A DNA stretch of 64,000 bases from Tubiluchus corallicola (lineage: Eukaryota > Animalia > Priapulida). Positions within the stretch are counted from its first letter, which is position 1; each line of letters begins with the position of its first letter. Positions 11,934 to 23,980 of this stretch are shown one piece after another. A model generated the notes under the pieces. It was given only the letters and a program-made list of their open reading frames with translations, was not told the origin of the DNA and did no database searches. Both the position numbers and the translations under genes were made by a program. Where the stretch lies: contig JAQGDQ010000410.1 of the NCBI GenBank assembly GCA_030141605.1, forward strand, positions 142,965 to 206,964, written 5' to 3'.

Positions 11934-14900
11934 GCATTGCTCGTTGGGACATCTCTGCCGGTCTAGTGTCTGGGCGGTTTCATCTACCCATTTACTCTGA
12001 CTGAAGGAGTTAATCATTATGTTATAATTAATCTGTCCCATTTTGTATTATTGTCGAAACTAGCAAATTTCATTATGTATGTTAATTTATGCATACTTAC
12101 GTGACAAAACAGGCTGTTTCTGTATCCACGCCAGTTAAAACATCCTTTTCGTCTCATCTTAGAAGTTATCTTGAAAATTGGCAAATTCCAGCCATGTCAC
12201 AACTATTCGGTGTTAGAAAGAGGCTCTGCCGCTAAGAGCTCAATACTGGATACAGGGTGTCAAATTCTTCAAAAAGTGAATTTTTAGCATTTCTGCCATT
12301 TATCAAGCAAGGCTAGCAAATTCGAGATATGCATACACAATTACACATACACATTCCTAGGTTATAAAAATGTCTATAACTTTTGTGTTTTTTTTCTGTG
12401 GGTTCGGTAAGCCTACAAAGATGCCACTAAAACGTTTATTAAGTTTGCTGATTCTAGTGCTTAATTTGTCAGAACTTGTCTTTTTACTGTTTTGTGGCAG
12501 GATTAGGCCTGTTGTGAATTTATTTTGAAGAGAACAGTTATTTTCAAAAGCGTAAAATATAGCGAGTATAATGACATGTGTTAAGTTTATACACTGCAAG
12601 TTTTTATAGAAACAATATTAAACAGTCTGACTTTTGAACAAGAAAGTGACAATGATTTTTAGTTTTATAGCAAAATCATAAAGACTGAGGCTACAACTAG
12701 AAAAAGTTCTACAGCTGTAATAATTTTTATTATATAAAGGGACAAGGACATCTGTCTAGGGACATTTCTTGCAACGTCAATCATCTTTTTTGATCACGTG
12801 TACAAATCTCGCTTTTATATAGCTGAAACGTTTGCCACTATAGTGACTACATGTGGTTTCAAAAATATGCATACAAATTACTTACCTTTTTGTATGGATG
12901 AGACGTGGCAAAAATGCGCCTTTAATTTTGTAAAACTCTAAATATACGAAAGATTTTTTTTCATTTCAACATTAAATAGACTTTAAATCTTCGTCTATAC
13001 TATACTACGTGTATTAACTATCTTTTCGACCACTTCTCTTTCCCCTATATAGCCAGTAATTACCGTTAGCTAAACACATTTTTATTGCTGTATAATATTT
13101 GTTTCATAAATTTTAATTATCGAGTATACTGTGACGCAAAATCTTTCAGATTGAAGTTAATGAGGTTAACTAATTAATAACGTGATAGGTTAAAAGCAGG
13201 TTAATGATGAAATTAATTAGCTATAATATAGTTTTATCATATAAATATCGTTTGTACGTTTTTAAGTTTGTAAGAAAATGTGCGTTTTATATATATACAT
13301 ATATCAATAAAGCAAAATGTGAATCAAAATCCGACTATTGGTTTGAAATTCAAATATGAAAATCAGCTGATTTATCAACCTAGCTAGTGTGTATCCAATG
13401 AACGTATATGGTACGTATATATGTATGATAGGTAGATACTGGGTAGGTTCGTATGAATCAGATTCATATTATTTCCGCATGTCCAAACATAAATTAGTAC
13501 GATATTAAGTCGTTCAAATGTAGAAAAAGGACGGTTTGACAAGGTAGGCATTTGAGGTATAGAACCAAGACTGGAATACAATATTGTTTTCTTCACTGTA
13601 ACACAATAAATGTTTCAGGTTTCTTTTCAGAGGAAGCTGTCTTATTGTACATGTAAGTTTGGTTTAGACAATTTTATTGAAGATTTAACCGCGAACTAAG
13701 TTTGAAACAGACAGTCTTACTACTGATATATGTTCTCCCCTAGTGGGAGCGAAACAACCTACGTGAGGTTTGTTAACAGCCAATGAAAGGTGCACCATTT
13801 AATAGTTACGGTGTATTTTACTTGATTGCACACTAATTGCAATGTATAATTATCATGCAATACAGAAGGAAAATGCGTGTACGTCACGTGAGTAGGTAAT
13901 TTCATACTTTTTAGGCTTAAACCGATAAGTGCATTCGCTTTTGTATCTGTACATAAACTTAGTATGAGACTTGTTAGTTCTTAACTCAAAATACAATTGG
14001 TTAAAATAAATCATTTTCACATACCGTATTATAGCCAAAATGTTTCAAATGCTCCTGAAATCATTGTTAGTAAAATGAGTGATTTGTAGTAAGATACACT
14101 GAAATTACATTTTGATGTAAAATAATTAAACAGTAAATTACACTGTTTTTGTTAAAGTGAATTAAATTAAACATAATAAAATACCAATAAAATATTTTCT
14201 AAGGAATTTAGTTCGCCCTGATAAGAACTATTTTGCTATTGTATAACTAATTTACATCAGACTGCATTGTCAGTGATTGCTAGAAGAGTCGAAACGTTTT
14301 GGTTGTTATAATACAAATATCTTAATGGAATAAATGCGAGATTTTATTAAAAGATAATCCGTGCCGGTTCACTCTAGCACATGAAGCACATGCCTGCTAT
14401 GTTACAATGACTAGATTAGTTGATTGATTGCTGGGTCGCACCCAATGACATTACCGCCTTAAGCAGTGACGTCATCGTGAAGCCATTTTATTCAAGGCTG
14501 TGTGTGGGTGGTATTAAACACGTAGAGCTGCGTCTTTCCACGTCGTAAACAAGAGCAAATAATGAAAATACGATTACTGTGGGGGTTTGCCTTTGAAAAA
14601 GCAAATTTCCGACAAAAATGGGTATAAAATTAGCCTTGATTGTTTTACCATTAAGTCATGGCATTATTTATACCGACATTATGTGGCTGTTTAGTTCCAT
14701 TTGTTACGATTTTTCGTTGAATCATTAACAGCTTAGAGATCCTAGTTCAAATGTTACCACTTGAATGTTTCACTGCAGAAGATTTTTTTACAAAAAAAAC
14801 TCATTTTAAAAAGGTGCATTATATAGTCGTTACACGTGACACCGTGAATGTGGTAACGCTAATTAACATGAAATTCATAATGCTAAACTTAATTACTCCT

Positions 14901-15344
14901 AAAAGCAGGGTAGCCATGCTCATGCACATTCCAGTGTTCATCATCGGCCAAAAACAACTGACAAGCCAAATATGAAGCATACATGTTACCTAGCATGTAC
15001 ACATTAAATTACACGTGTAAATGCATGCTCGTAATGTAGTGACCCAAAAAAGCGCTATTTCTGTATAAACCGTAAACAAATGAAGCAAACAAATATACCG
15101 CACACAATAAAGGATAATATTATAGCTAATGAATAAGCTACGTGAATGCTTGGAACACAAATAAGGTTTCATCGTGTGCACGGGCACAAAAGCCTGGCTT
15201 CATTTACTGAAGATCAGGAAGCTGATCCTTGCACTGATGAAACCAGGCAGGAGACACGTACTACATTAATGGTTTCACATAGCGCAGATGTGGTCTGAAA
15301 GCAAAGAAGATTCTAATATTGCTCACAATAAGAGCTGCATCTTC

Positions 15345-15613
15345 CTATGATACATCATGATGGTTTCAAGCCATTAATTTTATTGTAGTATCACTCTAAA
15401 CATGCCACCTATCCTTTCAGCTTACTATGATATATCACGATAATTTCACGCCATTAATTTTATTATGCAGTCTCTCTAAATGTGCTACTTATCTGCGGTG
15501 TGTAGGTGGGGTATAGTGGTTCCTATGGTCTTTTCAGCTTACTATGATACATAACGACGATATCACACCATTAGTTTTATTGTAGTATCACTCTAAACAT
15601 GCCACCTATTTGC
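15345..15613. repeat. three imperfect direct copies of a unit of about 70-80 bp
   Basis: ctatgata...ccatta(a/g)ttttatt...ctctaaa...c(c/t)ac(c/t)tat starts near 15345, 15424 and 15542. Confidence 0.75.
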
Positions 15614-16371
15614 GTCAGTGCAAAATTGTTCTGAGCCAGTACAAAACGTTTTTCAGGTGTTTGCTGGAAAGTTAACTATCCAGTGGGTGGCACTGGAATC
15701 ATAGAAACATGGAACTGCATTTAATGTAGTATCAGGGTTAGCTTTATGAACATATGCGCCATTCTCCAGAGGAATTAGTGAACTACTAGAAATAAAGCGT
15801 TCAAACAACCCTCGTTTTGCTATATTATATGCCACATACAGCCAATGATAAAAACACTACGTGCAACATTTGTTCTTGGAGCATTGTTGATCAAGGGTGC
15901 CAGGCGCTGGTTTACTTTGCACCACCCTAAGGCAACCAAATCGGGCCAGACATGTCAAACTTCTGAGAATACCGATGGCATGGAATATGTTTTCGAAGTT
16001 GTGCGAGACAATTTTTTGTATAAGATTTTTTATTTATCCACACAACCAAAAACGCGCTACGCCATATAAATTAAAACGATGTGTTAATCAAATAGCTTTC
16101 ACATAGAAAATGATTTTTTAAACGAGTGTTGTCTTCCTCTTTCTCCCTCCACTGTGCCTGTGAATGTCACCAACGCTTTCGTAGTCTTAATGGCTTCATT
16201 ATAATGCACACGTCCTACTTGCGCAATAATCCTTTTAAATGTCAAAGGGAAAATGCATGAGAGCGAATGATAATGATAAAATGGAGTCTTAATATATTAA
16301 TTTCTATTACGGCTGTACGTCGCGCTCTATATATACCATATACATATATATATATATCTGTATATATATAT

Positions 16372-16832
16372 ATTTAATTATCTGTTAAAGGTCGGGTCTG
16401 TAACGTTTTTTAAACTGTCATAAATATAAAAAAAATTATATATAAATATCACCTATTTTTTGCAATACGCTGGCTTGTAGAAAGTCACATGTCCCGTCGT
16501 TGCATCACTTGTGAAACGTGTTGATTGTTACATTTACCCCGTGTTACTTTTCGCCGTCTCCCCTTATTGATAGACTGTATATTTACATATATATATGAGA
16601 TTGGTACTGATAACGACGTAAATATACAGTCTATCAATAAGGGGAGACGGCGAAAAGTAACACGGGGTAAATGTAACAATCAACACGTTTCACAAGTGAT
16701 GCAACGACGGGACATGTGACTTTCTACAAGCCAGCGTATTGCAAAAAATAGGTGATATTTATATATAATTTTTTTTATATTTATGACAGTTTAAAAAACG
16801 TTACAGACCCGACCTTTAACAGATAATTAAAT
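16372..16832. repeat. perfect long inverted repeat: 215-bp arms, 31-bp spacer
   Basis: 16372-16586 is the reverse complement of 16618-16832 with no mismatch found by eye. The mirror ORFs 16525-16719(+) and 16485-16679(-) are a by-product. (TA)n lies on the left flank and in the spacer. Confidence 0.95.
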
Positions 16833-16884
16833 GCTAAGCTATGAATTTTACATTAGCATTACAACGTTTATGACGTCACGTATA

Positions 16885-17790
16885 AGGCAAGATAAGATAA
16901 GACCAGGTAAAGTGACGTATGGTAACTTGGTAAGGTATAGTACGGTACGATAAAATAAGATAAGCACAGCAAGGTCCTGATTAGTGGTTGCGATAATTTA
17001 AAATTAAGAAAAATTAATACATGTAAATACACAAACATTACGTGACCTAATACATAGAGAAAATATGCAGGAACACAAAAAAGCTAAGATTACAATCGCA
17101 AAAAGAATTAAAATAAGCAAAAAACAAGTTAAAAAATGGAGAAATAAAAATACAAGCAATTGAAAAACAATGTCATATAACACATAATATAAAAAACAGA
17201 ATGTAAAAGCAAATTAAACCAATAAAAACTTTGAAAATAAAAAAATTAAAAAACTAAAAGAAAGCTAAAATTACAATTGCACAAAAGAACCAAGAAGAAG
17301 CAAAAAGCAAAATGCAAACAAAAGCAAATGAAAAAATTGCATATAAGAACATATCTACTGTAATATAAAATCAAAGCGGAATATTAAAAGCAAAGTAAGC
17401 AATAATAAAAACGTATAATAATAATGACACTGAAAATCAAAATTCACAAACAACATTTGGGATATGCCAAAAACAATTGAACAGATGAGAAAAACGTAAA
17501 AATTTATATTAACATCAAAAAGGCGAAGTTAAAAACTCATTATAATGAATTAAAAATAAATCTCTTGACAAAAAGCTTTAAGGCGACCTTCAAACAGGTG
17601 ACAATTGCTACCGTTTCGTATTTCGTTTGGCAGACTTCCATAGCTTAGCCGCCCCGTATTCTAGAGATTTTTGTCCAGCTCGTGTGCGGTATAACGGTAT
17701 TTGTAGTTCATTCCTAGTGGCTTACATGGTTCGATATTGACACGCATATTCAAAAACCAGTTTAGTTCTGTGCGCATAGTGATAATTCGT
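16885..17790 (-). mobile_element. 3' remnant of a CR1/L2-group LINE (ORF2 C-terminus, T-rich 3'UTR, pentamer tail)
   Basis: The minus strand at about 17570-17720 translates ATRNELQIPLYRTRAGQKSLEYGAAKLW, then with a frameshift LPNEIRN...FEGRLK, typical of the CR1/L2-group ORF2 end. A degenerate (TAAGA/TAAGG)n tail lies at about 16885-16965. Confidence 0.65.
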
Positions 17791-17802
17791 TCGCGTATAA
17801 CG

Positions 17803-17955
17803 ACTCTGTTAAAGCTAGCTTTATATGAAATTTCTAAAGTGTTTTCAAAAGGCTTAAAGCCTTCAACAGTGAAGACTCTGTTAAAGCGAGTTTTTTATGA
17901 AATTTCTGAAAAGTGTTTTCAAAAGGGTTAAAGCCTTCAACAGTGAAGATTCTGG
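17803..17955. repeat. tandem duplication (unit of about 72-75 bp)
   Basis: actctgttaaagc...tatgaaatttct...aaagtgttttcaaaagg..ttaaagccttcaacagtgaag occurs twice. Confidence 0.85.
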
Positions 17956-18606
17956 TGACGACATTTAAACCAGTGTCAATTTAACCTAATCAACCGGCGA
18001 GTTACAAATCAAGTCTACTAAAACTGCCAAACAAGGCACTGCACTAAAAAGCAGAAGTCTCGATTTCTTTCGACTTCAAACAAATGAGAATAGTACACTG
18101 ATTCATATCGCTATTTTTCTTCTGCTGGCAAATCAAATCAAGTTACGTGAAGACCACGCATAATTTTATACGCAATGCCAATTATTATAGATTCCTAAAT
18201 GAAAATTCGACCATAATTACTAATGACATTAGTTCAATATTACTTAGTACATGCAAATCATGGCATCACTAGAACACATAATAATAGTTGCCTTTTAGCT
18301 ACCCGTCTTTTCATCCACCGCTGGCTTCAATAACCCAGGCAAATGTCACGTCAAATCTGCACAAGCTCAGCTTTGACATTAAACCTCACGTATATATAAG
18401 CTATTCTTGTACAAGGAAGCTCATGCAATGCAGATAACCGCAGTAATTGCAAATTCGTACAAGGTGGTCAGAAATGTAAGACGTCAAATCAAAGGCAATC
18501 ACGGACTACTGTTATGGGTGTAAACACAAAAATTGTTTTTACACTTTTCCCAACAAAATCAGCCACATTAAAGTGAGTACGTGTTACATTGCTAGTAACT
18601 ACCTTA

Positions 18607-18902
18607 CATAGGCGTACAAGTCGGGGGGCTGCAGCCCCCACCCCACCCGGATTCGGGCAATCACAATTTTTCGGGCACCGGCCAAATAATGAAAAAAGTA
18701 AACATTTTCACAAAAGGAAATCTCAAAATTTTTCCATGTCGTCAAATGAAGTGCCCGAAATTCGGGCATTTTTGATCCTGGGGTGGGGATACGGCAATTC
18801 CCGACTCGAAGTTGACCTGCGCCTTTTGGGTTTATTTTTCGATTATAAGTGGCTCACCCCCCCCCCCCCCCCGCCTTGGAAAAATCGGCCCGTACGCCTA
18901 TG
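18607..18902. mobile_element. non-autonomous hAT-like MITE (296 bp)
   Basis: 11-bp TIRs CATAGGCGTAC (18607-18617) and GTACGCCTATG (18892-18902). The flanking 8-mers ctacctta and ctacaata match at 6 of 8 positions (candidate 8-bp TSD). Subterminal GGGGGCTGCAGCCCCC palindrome, poly-C and repeated TTCGGGC motifs. Confidence 0.8.
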
Positions 18903-21900
18903 CTACAATAAATTCTAGGAATATCAATTTGTGGTTGAACAAATTTACGACTGTTGCTTTTTGTAAAACCAACCGTTGCCAAAAAATGAAAAGAATAGAA
19001 TTGAACGTACATTTAAACTGTGAGCCAACGTTCAGTCAAACTGTGAGTTATAAGCCAACTTCTCACTTAGTAAGCCACAAGAGATCATTAGGCGCCTGGT
19101 CAAGCTATCGACTGATAAACCAAGATCTATAGTTACAAATGTTTCACGTTTCATTTCTTTCAGTAGAATTGATTTCAAGGAATTGATTATTCGCATCATG
19201 TACGCGTCTGGTCAAACTATCGACGAACTGTCATATATTATCAACCACGTTACTAATCGAAAGATTCGTTTATTTTACGCATTTATCTATTCATTCATTC
19301 TTTATTCAACCGTTTACACTCTCTTTTCACTGGCAGTTCTAACATTCATTCATTCATTGATTCAATCTTTTGCTTATTTTCTTCTTTTTTGAAACAATTT
19401 GTATCTAATTATTTCTTCATCATTTGTTATTAATTTACTCATTTATTTATTCTTTTGAAATTTATTTATTTATTCGCTCATTCATTCATTGAGATTCTAA
19501 CAAAAAAATCTGTTCCTTGTCAAGTATGTGTTTCTCTTCTAGTAAAATAAGCAAGAGGCAGATTAACATCCATTTTCACACTTCAGGGCCTGTGCATTAG
19601 GCGTTTGTTTATATAGCAACAAGTATTTAGCGAATCGATTTAAAAATGTGGCCGTGAAGTCAAAAAAGGGATGTCTGTAACGTGCTTGAAGGTATCTCAT
19701 TCCTAATTCTGTACCATATGTTTACAAATCAACTGCTCGAGCTTGCACGACGCATTGCAGCCACTTCTGAATTGACGCCTCAGCCTTGTTATCTTGCCTA
19801 CTTGACATATTGCAAAATCGTACAGTGTACTGACAATCTGAGCAGGTCCAATTTAGTGCCAACTCTGCAATATTTTCTTATCGAACGCTGCGACACTAAG
19901 GTGTTCTCAGGGTAACCCGTAAAGACAGATACAAAGTTTGAGTGCCCGGAGTTATTTCTGCTACTTTTCATGCTTTTACACTGGACATTCCTAGACACAA
20001 AACAGTTATTTATAAATCCAGTGTTTCCTTTGGGCCTTTTATATGCGTAGAATTCGCACCAGAAATTTGTTAATTATAGACCTACTACAACAAAAAAAAC
20101 AAAAATATCTGTTACTACTAACAAATTGCTACAATATGGTAGTTTTCTGGGAATGTATTTATATTTTCTTTTTCTGCCAATAGCACTTTTTCCAGTGTGG
20201 CTACTGATGGAGTGAACTGTACGAAAAAAGTCCGAAAAGTCCCATTCAACACAAATATGAATGAAGCAAAAATTACATGGCAAAGTAAATAATGAGCAGT
20301 TTACCCTAAAACTGTTCTACTGAATTAAGTATCAGACTATGGAATTAAATAGTCTTGCAGAATGCTCCAGCAGAAAATAATTCAATATCAACTTGATAAC
20401 AATTATGCAGCACATTTGATTACTATTTTTGATAAAGAATAGAAGAATGTCTGCAAAAAAACTGACATGGTCTGCTTCAAAAATTCCTAACATCTTATGT
20501 AATTACCATAAAACGTTTTTACAAAGGCTTTATTTTGCTAATATCTTGATTTGCAAAATTAGAAAAAAACTACCGTAATTACTTTCTTACCTTCAACCGG
20601 AAAAAAGCAGTACCACAAAAAAATAAAATTGCCCTATTACAAATTTACAATGACCTTGAACTACAGTACATCGCACACCTACAGAAAAAGAAATGACTAC
20701 ACACCTGTAACCTATATCTAGAATTTATAAAAAGCAATAACATTACTCGCTCATTTTGTGATCATTAAGGTAACCAAACTAAAACAAAGTAATAAAATGA
20801 GAATTCAACTATCTAGTAAAGCTAAACAGCTCGGTATTATTGACACAATTCTGACAAAAACTTTTGAATTTACACGATTGATCACGCAACATGATTTTTA
20901 CTGGAGGCAGCGCAATGACCAATGGAGATGTTTAAAGCACAGAAAAAGTTGACTGCAAAAATGGACACAGAAACTGAATGCGAAAAACGAAAAAATGGTT
21001 GTTATCAAGAAATCATCGTGAATTGCATTTATTTTACCATAAAACACTTTGTAAAATGATTTAGTGAGAACTTGGAGACATACATGGCCGGTAGCCTGCT
21101 CGTTTGGCACTTGATACATTCTGCTTAATGGACAGGAGGCTGAACAGCACATTCAACAGCCAAACTTAAATTTGAAAGCAAACCTGATGAAGTAACAGAG
21201 ATGGTGTTTTTCTCTCTATAGCCAATACACAATAAAATAATTGCTTGCTTTAAACAGATAACTATCTAATAACAACTAAGGCTTGTCCGATTTGCAGCCT
21301 CAGCCCTTGCCAACACTTTCTCACAACCAATTAAACAGCAGTCTCGGTTCTTTCTGTTGTCCAGGTATTAAGAAAATTGGGCAACAAAAACTATGAAAAA
21401 ACATTCACAAGTAAAGAACATGCATTTTAAGTTACGTGAATGCAAAGCAAAAGGTCTCGGTCTGACTTCATTCTGTAAGCATTAATGTGTCTGCAGTGCG
21501 GTGATTAAACAATCTTGATGTATTCACAGACTGGATTTGATCCTCTGTAACATAAATCAAGTTCTGTATTACGATGAATGGCCATTGGCAATTCAGAAAA
21601 TACTGGAATAAAAACTAGTATATTTTGTATCCAATCAGAACATTTTGCTGCTATCCATTAGCATCTTCAGGCCTCTGGCTGATAGAACAATCACTCTGAA
21701 TTGGATTGAAATGTACATTACGGCAAGAACAGCTTTGATTTCGAATGCTAATTATTTCACTAAACTAAATTGAAAGTATGAACTACCATTTTATTGTTTG
21801 TATTAGGTTTAAGTCTGCTAATATGGAATAATATAGAATATGGGATCATTTAGTAGTAAATCCCATCTAAATTTTACATTATCGATAATTGCGAACATGT

Positions 21901-22643
21901 GCTTAGTTATTACCAAATTACAAAGATGAGAGTGGGCAATATGGAGCTGACATTTAGAGCCTTTAGGAAATGTAGCTGTCTCTGTATTAGCAATCTCAAA
22001 CCAAACATGAACAGTAAAGTGGAAACTATACTTACAATTTGGTTATGTGAAATAGTTAACATTCCATATCACAGATGTCCTTGCAATAATGTAGATAGAA
22101 TGATCATTCTATCAGTGCGACTGAAGGTGCTAATTAATGGATATTAGAGAAGTATTCTGATTGAGTATGTTTAATAAAGAAAATTCCTTAATCTACAAAC
22201 TGTTAAACTGAATTCAAGAACTTAAATGATTTTTTTACAATTTAACCAATAACAACAACTCCTCAAAGCCTTTAAAGTTCTGCAAAATCCCATTCCTAAA
22301 TATAAGCTTTATTTTAATTCAAGGGTAAAATCTATAGTAAATTTCGACAGTTCAAGCCACTCAGCCCCTTCTTTACAGTGAAATGAAAAATGGCTAATTG
22401 ATTTGCCAGTACTAACTACTAAAACTGCAAATGGACTATTTATCTGCAAAAACAGTAAGAGTTTATTACACTAAAGAATGGAAACTACCAAAGAATATAA
22501 CTGCAGCATACATTTTTATATTTGTAAGTGCCACAAATGAATGGAAATGGCAGCTCATTCTTCATTGTACTGCAAACTCCTGTGCTTCAAACTGTATGAC
22601 AATTGCCACTATAGCAAAATGGACTTTGAAAGACTGTATCACT

Positions 22644-22880
22644 CATCCACTGATACTGCTAACTGCAATTACTGCTAACTGGAACCTGCAACATTCATCT
22701 AACCAGCAACTGCCGCTACTGCAACCTGAAACTTGCAACTTTCATCCACCAATACTGCTAACTGCAACTACTGCTAACTGGAACCTGCAACATTCATCTG
22801 CCAATACTGCTAACCAGTAACCGCCACTACTGCAATACGAAAACTTTAACTTTCATCCGCCAATACTGCTAACTGCAAAT
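22644..22880. repeat. minisatellite (unit of about 99-111 bp, about 2.3 copies) built from actgc(t/a)ac subunits
   Basis: catccac/catccgc-initiated units at 22644, 22743 and 22854, downstream of the SRSF2 stop codon. Confidence 0.8.
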
Positions 22881-23028
22881 AAAGATGTGGTGTCGCCAAA
22901 ATCACTGCTTTGCTTGTACGGCAGTCTGTACGCCAAACTGCAATAGGCAGCAACACCATTCCGCTTGTACAGCATCAACCCCACTCAGGAACACTGCACT
23001 GCACAGGTTGCTGAGCCTGAACTCTTAC

Positions 23029-23086
23029 GCCACCGCCCCTGCTGCTGCTGCTTACACCAGCCAATCTCAGCAACATACAGCCGTCT
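23029..23086 (-). other. candidate non-coding cassette exon in the SRSF2 3'UTR with two alternative 5' splice sites
   Basis: Strong acceptor tttttcttttctgtacag| (exon starts 23086). Donor-like GGT|GTAAGC after 23056 and GGC|GTAAGA after 23029. GC-rich island dense in SSNG motifs within AT-rich DNA. Confidence 0.55.
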
Positions 23087-23980
23087 CTGTACAGAAAAGA
23101 AAAATACTGATTACCAAATGTAAAATTTTATTTCAATCAATGCAAATAAAGCATAAATTTTTCGTTCTTACAATACAACAAATCTTAATTATCAGTAATG
23201 TACTGTAGAAGTTCTACAAAATGGGTTCCATTAAAAAAAGAAGCAAACTGGCCATTAATAAATTTTACAAAACTGTCAAGTTAAAACTAGAGTAATATTG
23301 CAGAATTTTTGCTTGCTATCTTACGTTCAAACAAAAAATGCATGCTGAAAGTTTTACTTTTTAACTGACCAGTATTACCCCATGCCAAAACACACCAAAA
23401 CCATGTTGACCAATACAACTGCTTACAATACACTTTATAGTCAATTCAATACAGCAATAAAGTAAACAAGTTCTAAACACATTTTTGTACTTAAAATTTA
23501 CCATGTTTTTTATAGTAACTGATTTACCTTATTTTGTAAATATTTGCAAGTATATATACCACAGCCTAATGCTTCTCAATTAAATTGAAAACTAGAGTTC
23601 AGCAAATTATTATATATACTACTACACTACAATCCTAACTACTAGTACTGCTATATAAGTCCATACATCTGGCAAAATGTAAGAATCACTTATTTATCTA
23701 TATCATTTGGAATGCACAGAGTGCCACAAAATGGGACAATGCCAGAAAGTACAATTTTAAAGACAATTGGAAAAGTGATAAAATTCAGAAGACCTAACCA
23801 AAACTAATTAAGACTAAAGTTATTACAAGTATGATATGGCTATATACAGTAAAATTATAATAACCTGCTGATTATCGAAGCAACACTAAAGTGTCGTTAT
23901 CCAGAATTCCCATATGAGCCAAAACCCCCAACTCCTTTGTTTAAAACGACTGCTCAAACCTAAGGAATGAAAAAGGTCCT

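Noticed and set aside
15345-15613. CRISPR-like repeat-spacer array
   Set aside because: Eukaryotic context, long degenerate units, irregular spacing and no cas genes.
16485-16719. Two near-identical 64-aa ORFs on opposite strands
   Set aside because: By-product of the perfect palindrome; non-ATG starts.
22431-23208. 129-aa and 107-aa + strand ORFs
   Set aside because: Derived from the minisatellite and the antisense of the SRSF2 3' region; no domain signal.
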